Of a stretch of 64,000 nt of DNA, positions 56,637 to 64,000 are shown in pieces. Origin of the DNA: a virus (Duplodnaviria > Caudoviricetes); the IMG/VR virus record IMGVR_UViG_3300032300_000346, positions 3,595 to 67,594 of that record; one strand, written 5' to 3'. The notes under the pieces are model-generated. The model saw only the letters and a program-made list of their open reading frames with translations, made no database searches and was not told the DNA's origin. The position numbers and the translations under genes are program-made. Positions within the stretch are counted from its first letter, which is position 1; each line of letters opens with the position of its first letter.

Positions 56637-57896
56637 TTAATCTATTATAGAAATCCAGTCAACTATCAAATGTATTCTATCGTTGTCACTGTTATTTTTA
56701 ACACTATGAATCTTGTTAGTATTATTAATTTCCCATATTTCTCCAACTTTCATATGCATTATTTCATCCCCAACTCTAAACTCACATTGATCATTTGTAA
56801 TAAGCGGAATATGCATTCTATGACAAGCATCTAAACTAATGCCAGAATCTATATGTTCTGGTATAACACTATTAGCTGTTAAGTTTACCAAAATTGCCCT
56901 GGTTATATATCCAAAACCTAATTTTTCTTCAAAGATTGCAGTCAATACTTTTATCTCATCGGCAAAACGTTCAAAACCGGGATGATAATTTACATTTTCT
57001 GATTCAAAATCTTTACTAAAAATTAAAGGAATAGTCAGTGTCTTTGCATGAACATCAAAAGTTTCTTGTCTAAATGTAAATTCTTTCCAGACATTGTTAT
57101 CAATACTTGTTAATTTATTTTTTAAATTTTCTATATTTAAATTAGCTATAAATTTAAAATTAAAATTGTCTAATTCAATTAGTGTATAGCCACACTCAGA
57201 TAACACTGCTATTTTTTTAGAAAATACAGAATTTATAATTTTTAATTGTTTGTCCGATAATTTTTTAATTTGCAACTCATTCATATTTAAAATCTTTGAA
57301 GAGTATCCTTTGGTGTTAAAAATCCTGTTGTTATCTATTCTGGTAATGTTTAAATATTCTTCTATCTGTTTAACAATTTCGGCAGTATTATTTGTTAGAT
57401 CTTCGTATGTAAAAACTAAATCATTTAAATATGTTTCACTGTGTTCGAGTTGTATTTCTAAACATCTAATTGCATGAGTAGCTGCATCTATTAGCGAGGC
57501 GGCCGGATTTGCACGCAAGATGCTTTCGACCATAGCGTAAGGATTCCTAATCATTATTATGAACTTTGTATCTTCGAACTCTTCAGCTAACATATCAGCT
57601 CGTAATATATCTGGAGGACTTTTTTGTAAAAATACAGTTGCATTCGGATTTGAATTATTCCAATGAAAATTCCACTGGCGTTTAATTATTTCCCACTCAT
57701 AATTTTTTTTGTTTCTAAATATATCTTCTTTTTTAGTAAAAAAATGAGCAACGCCATACTGGTAGGCAAGTGGTCCAACAAAATTCTCGCAAAACTGTCC
57801 TTCACCTGGTAAAATTGCAACATCGGGAGAAGTTGCAATTAGATCATGTAATATAGAACTGCCGCTGTTATTGGGAACTAATAGAAATAAATGCAT
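56637..57896 (-). CDS. sulfotransferase domain fused to Asp/Asn beta-hydroxylase-like 2OG domain
   Basis: PNNSGSSIL, QKSP, IRNPY (PAPS-binding-like); C-terminal I.EH.D..RMHIPL.TN..GEIWEINN..HSV.N..R.HL..D. Confidence 0.78.
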   Translation of the reverse strand: MHLFLLVPNNSGSSILHDLIATSPDVAILPGEGQFCENFVGPLAYQYGVAHFFTKKEDIFRNKKNYEWEIIKRQWNFHWNNSNPNATVFLQKSPPDILRADMLAEEFEDTKFIIMIRNPYAMVESILRANPAASLIDAATHAIRCLEIQLEHSETYLNDLVFTYEDLTNNTAEIVKQIEEYLNITRIDNNRIFNTKGYSSKILNMNELQIKKLSDKQLKIINSVFSKKIAVLSECGYTLIELDNFNFKFIANLNIENLKNKLTSIDNNVWKEFTFRQETFDVHAKTLTIPLIFSKDFESENVNYHPGFERFADEIKVLTAIFEEKLGFGYITRAILVNLTANSVIPEHIDSGISLDACHRMHIPLITNDQCEFRVGDEIMHMKVGEIWEINNTNKIHSVKNNSDNDRIHLIVDWISIID

Positions 57897-58446
57897 TTTT
57901 GTAATCCTCTAAATTGTCAAAATTCCAACCCATACTTAAATTAACCCTACTGTCAGTAGATAGTATTGTGGTTCCATGAGCAGTGTGTGACGGACTAAAT
58001 GCCCAACCATCACCTGGTAAAATCTTGTAAAGTAATCCATCTATAATTGGATTGCCACTAAACTCTGGTTTTTCCATAATTAAATTAATTCTTAGATGAA
58101 ACGGACCATAATCGTCCTTATGGCGTTGTATGTAACTTGGTGCAATATTATAAGTAATGATATTTCCAATCTTGGTATCGGGAGAACCGTTGTGTTGATT
58201 AAATATTTTGTTAAATGATGTAATAATATCATTGATCGGTTCAAATTTGTTATCTAGAATTCGATAACGCCATCGATTGGCGCCAGCCATATTTTTTGAC
58301 ATTTTGCCTTCTTCGAATAATGTGCGAGAATATGTTGCAATTTGATTGCAAGTTTCAGCTGACAGAATATTTTTAAAAACGACTACGTTTTGAAGTATGT
58401 CTGAAAATTTCTGGATAGAATAGTTTGTAAAATTCAATGTTGTCAT
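57868..58446 (-). CDS. putative 2OG-Fe(II) oxygenase
   Basis: HKD...H.T...R.NL iron/2OG pattern. Confidence 0.65.
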   Translation of the reverse strand: MTTLNFTNYSIQKFSDILQNVVVFKNILSAETCNQIATYSRTLFEEGKMSKNMAGANRWRYRILDNKFEPINDIITSFNKIFNQHNGSPDTKIGNIITYNIAPSYIQRHKDDYGPFHLRINLIMEKPEFSGNPIIDGLLYKILPGDGWAFSPSHTAHGTTILSTDSRVNLSMGWNFDNLEDYKNAFISISSQ

Positions 58447-59233
58447 CTATAATTTCCTGGTTATGTGCGCCCAAAATTGAATAGTCTGGCTCTCGATATA
58501 CAATTTCTTTACCCACTGTATGATCAACATACGACCAATATGCCGAATCATATTCTTTTATTTTATGATTTAAATTCGTGAAGTCATGTTGAAAATGATC
58601 ATAACCTAACGAATTATATAATGATGTTATTGTAGTCTGCGGATCTTTAGTAAGATCCTCGTAGCGTATAACGATAAAATCGTCAGGATATTTTTTATAA
58701 AGATCATAGAACTTTGGAAAAAACGGTAAACAAATGCCAAGAGCACTCATAGGATTTTTAAGCCAAAATTCTATTCTATCTTTTTGATTTAATCGATGAG
58801 GAGTAAGTCCTTGGTATTCGGGTAAAGAAAATCTTAGATACGGAAATTCGGGTAAAAGTTTTTCAAAACTTAATATAATTCCTCGTAGATCTCGAACACA
58901 AAAAATAAATTTTGCTTTTGGATATATTGTTTTTAACTCGTCATAAAACATTATCCAAGGTCTACCTTTACTAAACACCACAGGTTTATCGGTTTCGGCG
59001 TCGTGCCAACCTCGAATTGCGCCTTCTAACATTCCGTAAAATCGTTTTTTTAAATTCTTGTGATCGGTAGATGTAAAATCTGACTGCGGACCCATATTTT
59101 TTACAATAGTCTCGACAATGTTCGGAACTGGAGTAGTTCCAGTAGCATAAAAATTTGGATTTTGATCAAGAACAGCAGTCAGTGTTGTAGAACCGGTTCT
59201 CGGAAGCCCTATAATAAAATGTATATCTTTCAT
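58373..59233 (-). CDS. sulfotransferase family protein
   Basis: GLPRTGST.L, K.I..VRD.R.I..S, RYEDL...P; start at ATG 59233 (ATGA overlap). Confidence 0.88.
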   Translation of the reverse strand: MKDIHFIIGLPRTGSTTLTAVLDQNPNFYATGTTPVPNIVETIVKNMGPQSDFTSTDHKNLKKRFYGMLEGAIRGWHDAETDKPVVFSKGRPWIMFYDELKTIYPKAKFIFCVRDLRGIILSFEKLLPEFPYLRFSLPEYQGLTPHRLNQKDRIEFWLKNPMSALGICLPFFPKFYDLYKKYPDDFIVIRYEDLTKDPQTTITSLYNSLGYDHFQHDFTNLNHKIKEYDSAYWSYVDHTVGKEIVYREPDYSILGAHNQEIIDDNIEFYKLFYPEIFRHTSKRSRF

Positions 59234-59844
59234 CGTAGCGGTCTTCCTTTTATCCAGGTAACTAGCGCCCATCTTTCGCCGTGTGTAACTGGCAACACTT
59301 CATGAAACGCCAACGACGGAAACAACACAACTTGACCTTGCTCTTTGGGTAGTGTAATATCAGTTCTAAGATATAATATTAAATCGCCACCTTCAAACTC
59401 AGACGGGTCCGACAGTAATGCGGTATAGGATATTTTTCGAGTAGTGAAATTACCTCCAAAGTCACTATGTTTGTTATAATGGTCTTGGACTTTAGAGAGC
59501 GGATCGAATTTATATTGTAATAATTCTAGTGTCTCAATAAGATTAACATCTAGATTCCAAAAGTCTTTGTTAGCTGTTAACAGAGTATTACAGACTTTGG
59601 TGTATATCCAACCAAATTCTTCGTTATTAGGTATAAGCCATCGATTAACTTTCCTAAAAAATGTATCTATGGTTGCACCTTCCGAATTAATCTCTGCTGG
59701 AACAAGCTCTAAACTATTGCTTGCTTTTTTAATTCTTTCACATTCAGACGGTGTCCACATAAACTCTCTAGCAGGTTGCGGAGTATCCTTGTTAATTAAT
59801 AAATAATCTATCCATTGTTGATAAGCATTATCAATATAGAGCAT
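59230..59844 (-). CDS. 2OG-Fe(II) oxygenase (PKHD/prolyl hydroxylase-like)
   Basis: HSD...RKIS...L....FEGG.L...FPS..HEV.PVT.G.RWALV.W. Confidence 0.88.
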   Translation of the reverse strand: MLYIDNAYQQWIDYLLINKDTPQPAREFMWTPSECERIKKASNSLELVPAEINSEGATIDTFFRKVNRWLIPNNEEFGWIYTKVCNTLLTANKDFWNLDVNLIETLELLQYKFDPLSKVQDHYNKHSDFGGNFTTRKISYTALLSDPSEFEGGDLILYLRTDITLPKEQGQVVLFPSLAFHEVLPVTHGERWALVTWIKGRPLR

Positions 59845-61541
59845 TATTTTTTTTCCAGCAATAAAGAAACTTCAGGTAGGTACAAGTATTTTAAATCACT
59901 TTTTCTTAAAGTGCTTAATGCATCATCGATAGTTTCTACTAGTGGATCTCCGCCTAGGTTAAAACTTGTATTGAACAAAATTGGCACATTGCTTAATTTA
60001 TTAAATTCTTGAATTAACTTGTAGTAATGAGGATTCTGTTTTTCTGTAACAGTTTGAACTCTGCAAGTATCATCCACGTGAGTAATAGACGGCACAACAC
60101 CTAACTTTTCTTTTCTTACATCTACTGCATACATCATAAACGGACTTTCTTCCATTCCTGCCATATCAAACCATTCGTGTACATTTTCTTTTAGTACAGT
60201 ACCTGCAAATGGTCTAAACCACTCACGACGTTTAACTTGATTAACAATGTCTTTGCCGTTAGGCACAGTAGGATCAAACAAAATACTTCGATTTCCCAAT
60301 GCACGTGGGCCGGCCTCACTTCCGCCTTGGAACATACAAACAATATTTTTATTTCTTATGAGACCGGCAATGTCTGCGTACGATACTGTAGTTGCTTTAA
60401 AATCATCTAATTCTATTAATTGATTAACATCAATAGTATATTTTGGCCCGTGATATATATTAGTCTGCGGATGTTTTACGTCATTTTGAAATTCTTTAAA
60501 ATGTACAAGTCTCGCAGCACCGATCGATGTACCGGCATCGTGACTAATAGGCTCCACATACAAGTTAACATCTGCCGGGAGATTTTTCTTATAGAAATAA
60601 TTTGCCACACAATTTAAACCGTATCCGCCTGCAATAACTACATTTTTATTGCCCGATAATTCAATTCCTTTTTTAATTAAATTAAGTACTGCGTGTTGTG
60701 TATCTAATTGCAATTTATAAGCAAGATTTTTTTGATTGATCAACGTAGTATCAGCAAGAAACTCGTAATTATTTGTATTAATATCTGCCGCGGAGGGAAT
60801 AGTAGGAGTAATTAAATTGCGATTGCTTGCTCCATTGGATAAGAAAAAATCTGGAATTCTATTATCCGCTTCGCCATAAGGAGCAAGACCCATTGTTTTT
60901 CCAGCTTCAATGGCTGAAAATCCACAATATTGTGTCACAGCTTCATAACATTTTACGATTCCTGGTTGATCGGCGATCCAGCACTCGGCAGTCTCAACGT
61001 TTTCTATCTTGATATGTTGTCTTGCTGTTCCGTAATTTGTTTGATAATTTTTGTAAAGTGGGGTAAAGTCAGTGGGATAGTTACAGTTAATAATTGATTC
61101 AGCTTCCCAGAATGTAATTGGCATGCCTGTATTATTAGTACCATCATACCTCGATCCAGCGCCGTCGACAATAATAGCAACAGCACTGTCAAACCCACTA
61201 TTGTAAAATGCGCAGGCAGCATGCAGTTGATGATGAATATGTCCCATCAAATATACTGGAGTATTGTGATCAATAAGATGGTGTTTTCTCAAAAGTTCTA
61301 CATAGACATTATTTGAACACCAGTCTGATTGAGGAGCACTATTATCTGTGTGCGCTATAGCAACAGCATCTATTCGATCTGTAAATTTTTTAGTTTCTTC
61401 TAATGCTCTAAACGGAGTTCCGTCATGTTTATGTCGTGTTAATCTTTCTTCTTCTATATAAAATAGTTGTTCGCCGTTTTTAAGTAGGCAAACACTGCTG
61501 TTATGTCCTCTAGACATTCCTAAAATATAAGTATCTTTCAT
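59844..61541 (-). CDS. full-length NodU/CmcH carbamoyltransferase
   Basis: EEERLTR.KH, HHQLHAA, VDGAG, GKTMGLAPYG, GGYGLNC..N, D.G..IGAA, EAGPRALGNRS, RE.FRPFA, TSFNL. Confidence 0.92.
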   Translation of the reverse strand: MKDTYILGMSRGHNSSVCLLKNGEQLFYIEEERLTRHKHDGTPFRALEETKKFTDRIDAVAIAHTDNSAPQSDWCSNNVYVELLRKHHLIDHNTPVYLMGHIHHQLHAACAFYNSGFDSAVAIIVDGAGSRYDGTNNTGMPITFWEAESIINCNYPTDFTPLYKNYQTNYGTARQHIKIENVETAECWIADQPGIVKCYEAVTQYCGFSAIEAGKTMGLAPYGEADNRIPDFFLSNGASNRNLITPTIPSAADINTNNYEFLADTTLINQKNLAYKLQLDTQHAVLNLIKKGIELSGNKNVVIAGGYGLNCVANYFYKKNLPADVNLYVEPISHDAGTSIGAARLVHFKEFQNDVKHPQTNIYHGPKYTIDVNQLIELDDFKATTVSYADIAGLIRNKNIVCMFQGGSEAGPRALGNRSILFDPTVPNGKDIVNQVKRREWFRPFAGTVLKENVHEWFDMAGMEESPFMMYAVDVRKEKLGVVPSITHVDDTCRVQTVTEKQNPHYYKLIQEFNKLSNVPILFNTSFNLGGDPLVETIDDALSTLRKSDLKYLYLPEVSLLLEKK

Positions 61542-61542
61542 T

Positions 61543-62073
61543 TTATTCTATTCTTCCTAACAAATTTAATTTAAGAGCACATGTTATTCTTAGCACATTA
61601 TCGTTACTCGGGGCAGATCCAAAGTGCTGATATTTACTAGGGAAGCATACCACTTTCCCCGGTTCAAAATTTATTTTTGCAATTTCTCCATTGGGCAATC
61701 TTATTTCAGTTTGCCCGGTTGGATCATTCCACAATTTATTAACATAATACACGAGCGTGTATTTGTTGTCAATATCATAATCTCCAGAATATAAGTCTAC
61801 GTGCCAACAGGTTTGCTGATCTTTAGTCTGCCCGTTTAACACACAACTCATCATTTCGAACTGCATTTGATATTTTTTTGAAAACTTAGCTAAAATATAT
61901 TCAGCAAAAAAATTATGAGGGCCGTCTTGTTCATAAAGAGTTGACCCCCATATTAGATTGTCTTTGTTTAATGCTGATTTTCTTCCGTAAAACCAAGGAA
62001 CAGATTCAGTGCAATAATTATCAAACATTTCGATGAATGTTTCATCAAATAATTCGTTGTCAACTATATACAT
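61543..62073 (-). CDS. putative 2OG-Fe(II) oxygenase
   Basis: WH.D...YY.N..W....G.T...VV.FPS...H......R; start at ATG 62073. Confidence 0.75.
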   Translation of the reverse strand: MYIVDNELFDETFIEMFDNYCTESVPWFYGRKSALNKDNLIWGSTLYEQDGPHNFFAEYILAKFSKKYQMQFEMMSCVLNGQTKDQQTCWHVDLYSGDYDIDNKYTLVYYVNKLWNDPTGQTEIRLPNGEIAKINFEPGKVVCFPSKYQHFGSAPSNDNVLRITCALKLNLLGRIE

Positions 62074-62077
62074 TGTA

Positions 62078-63061
62078 TTAACAGCATGATGATTGAACTG
62101 GCTTCTCAGCAATTTGAGTAGGCGGTAGTAGTATATCCTTGGCTGTTTTTTTCTCAATATCTATTTGTATTTGTTGATACATACTGCTGATTTCGTCTTC
62201 ACTAAAATCCATTATGGTATCGTTGGCTCTATCAGCTAGATCAATATCTGGCACAGAATCTGTTATACGTATTGGACTGTACATTTTTTCCTGATCCTTT
62301 TCCAAGATTTGGAAATGATTTTGATATGACACATTTTCTACAAATGTACTACCCATAATAACTGTGCCTGGTTTGTTAAAGCTTCTTGCCATATGCTGTC
62401 CGCTACTATCGCAACCTATAAAATAATTACAAGTTTCAATCAGCGCCATATATGTTCTGATATTTAAATTAGCTGGTTTAAACGACCACTTGTCTTCAGC
62501 TACTGGGAATTCACTCATTACTATTACGCAATAGTATTCACTCAATCGTTTGGTTAATTCTAAATATAATTCTTTACTAAAACTTCTGCTAGATTTATCA
62601 TATAAAAATTCATTTTCGTAAATTACACTTCTTCCAAACGGTTGTACTATTACTACTTTATTTTTTCCTGAGGCTAATTTTGCTTGATTGATAATATTGG
62701 CAGCATACACTTCTTCTTCTTTATTGAGATATAAATTAGGAATGGTTAGATCTGAATGATCTGTAGTATTATTAATGATTTCATCAAATGCTTCTATAAG
62801 GTGAGATTTTTGATTGAAATAACTATTGAGCCTGTATGGTTCGGGGGTAATAATTTCGCAGTGTTTAAGTTGATCTTCGAATAAATTCTTTGTCCAAATT
62901 GGATAAGTTTTTCTATAGAGATATGGATGTCCTTGAAAGGCCTCTACTGTGCCTTCTACTACAATAATAAAATCATCAGTAGTAGCATAAAGTTTTTCTA
63001 ATGCAGGAATTGAACATATTTGTCTTCCTAATCCTCCATTAATAAAAATCGCTTTTTTCAT
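62078..63061 (-). CDS. GT9 (heptosyltransferase-like) glycosyltransferase
   Basis: GGLGRQI..IPAL; FIGCDSSGQHMARSFNKP..V..GST matches GT9 FIGxDSGxxHxA.A...P....G.T. Confidence 0.75.
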   Translation of the reverse strand: MKKAIFINGGLGRQICSIPALEKLYATTDDFIIVVEGTVEAFQGHPYLYRKTYPIWTKNLFEDQLKHCEIITPEPYRLNSYFNQKSHLIEAFDEIINNTTDHSDLTIPNLYLNKEEEVYAANIINQAKLASGKNKVVIVQPFGRSVIYENEFLYDKSSRSFSKELYLELTKRLSEYYCVIVMSEFPVAEDKWSFKPANLNIRTYMALIETCNYFIGCDSSGQHMARSFNKPGTVIMGSTFVENVSYQNHFQILEKDQEKMYSPIRITDSVPDIDLADRANDTIMDFSEDEISSMYQQIQIDIEKKTAKDILLPPTQIAEKPVQSSCC

Positions 63062-63097
63062 TGGTTTCCTCTATTAAACTATCTTATATTTATTTTG

Positions 63098-64000
63098 TTA
63101 ATTTTTCAGTATGTTAGATTGTGAATGCGAATTTCTCAATTGTGCAAACTTGTCATACAGCCCAAGATTATGTAAATTCTGATAAAATGAACTTAGATGC
63201 CAAGTACCAAAATCTTCATTTGATGCTAACTTTGAATTATTCAATTTTGAATAATCTATCATTTCTATAAATTTTTTATTGTTTATAGCTTGTTTCATAT
63301 TAGTTTCACCTTTGGACTTTGCAAATTTCCAAAAATTTGTGTCAAACTGTGATCCTGCAAAATAATGCAACATAATAACATTTTCTATTTCTGTTATGTG
63401 TTTATTATAATATTGATTGGCCACTGTTTGATCTAATTTGTTGAACCACACATCGTAAGCCAATCTGTTGATGTTGTCCATAAATGAAATCGATGTTGCC
63501 TCTAATGGTTCTAGAAAGAATGACGAGTTTCCATTGTATGCAGCTCGGCCATCGAAATTATTTTTTTTATAATAATTTTGAAAACTGAACGAATTAGTAT
63601 GATCACTGGGAGTTAATTTATAATCTTCAAAAATGTGTTTTACATCTTCTTTAATCTCGTCCAACGAATTAATATTGTTGTTATACAAATAACCAATTGA
63701 GCATCGATTTTGCAAGGGAATACCAAAAACCCATCCATATGGTCTTGCAAGTGTTAAGGTGTACTGGAACTTGGCATAATCCCAATAGCATTGTGTTACA
63801 TAAACTGAATTTACCGGAATAGACTCCGACATCGTATAATCGTTATAACTGTTAGGTTTTCCAGCACAATCTAGTATGTATTCACTGTCAATGTCTTTAT
63901 GATCGATGTGATTTTCAATTATGCGTAATCTTGGGTTTCTAGAAATTGTTTTTAGAATGTGTTCTTGTAACTTTATTGCATTAAAGTGATAACCAACACC
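63098..64000 (-). CDS. tryptophan-halogenase-like flavoprotein (5' part outside window)
   Basis: Frame open to window edge (GVGYHFNA...ILDCAG); GWVFGIP, GN...FLEPLEATS. Confidence 0.82.
   Translation of the reverse strand, partial: GVGYHFNAIKLQEHILKTISRNPRLRIIENHIDHKDIDSEYILDCAGKPNSYNDYTMSESIPVNSVYVTQCYWDYAKFQYTLTLARPYGWVFGIPLQNRCSIGYLYNNNINSLDEIKEDVKHIFEDYKLTPSDHTNSFSFQNYYKKNNFDGRAAYNGNSSFFLEPLEATSISFMDNINRLAYDVWFNKLDQTVANQYYNKHITEIENVIMLHYFAGSQFDTNFWKFAKSKGETNMKQAINNKKFIEMIDYSKLNNSKLASNEDFGTWHLSSFYQNLHNLGLYDKFAQLRNSHSQSNILKN

Noticed and set aside
1-64000. Stop-codon reassignment (common in some large phages)
   Set aside because: Core genes (gp17, gp18, gp41, UvsX, UvsW) are full length under the standard code, and TAG, TGA and TAA all terminate well-defined genes (e.g. 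TAG at 5841-5843 and 21157-21160).
1-64000. CRISPR array, tRNA/rRNA genes, integrase, transposase, reverse transcriptase/DGR or retron
   Set aside because: No regularly spaced repeats, cloverleaf-like intergenic sequence or corresponding protein motifs seen. Intergenic gaps are nearly all under 140 nt. A tRNAscan/CRISPR search was not run.

Overview
This is a 64-kb segment of a large lytic T4-related (jumbo-type) myophage genome, densely coding and mostly on the minus strand, in the standard genetic code. It carries a T4-like replication/recombination set (gp41-like helicase, primase, gp62-like clamp-loader subunit, UvsW, UvsY, UvsX/RecA, gp32 SSB, dNMP kinase) and a morphogenesis block (terminase subunits, gp4, tail tube, tail sheath, neck gp13/gp14, gp15, fibre-like proteins, S8 protease). 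Three accessory islands encode modification chemistry. The first (8.0-15.8 kb) has nucleotide-sugar enzymes and methyltransferases. The second (19.0-26.2 kb) has five paralogous KpsC/KpsS-like GT-B proteins plus other glycosyltransferases. The third (53.2-64 kb) has an ADP-heptose operon, a GT9 protein, 2OG-Fe(II) oxygenases, sulfotransferases, a carbamoyltransferase and a halogenase-like gene. Two promoter classes are readable: sigma70-type before replication genes and a T4-late-like (N)TAAATA motif before structural and many sugar/modification genes. The best candidates for undescribed biology are: a coupled five-gene ADP-heptose operon in which a cupin and an NT5C-like HAD enzyme occupy the places of the missing GmhA/GmhB, next to fibre genes and a GT9 transferase; two PHP-less C-family (DnaE) polymerases, one only 192 aa but keeping the catalytic aspartates; a Kae1-domain-only carbamoyltransferase inside the primase-helicase operon; a Hint-like protein without splicing residues coupled to UvsW; and a Shine-Dalgarno-occluding hairpin over the dNMP kinase promoter. 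All functional calls come from motif recognition by eye; no database searches were run.
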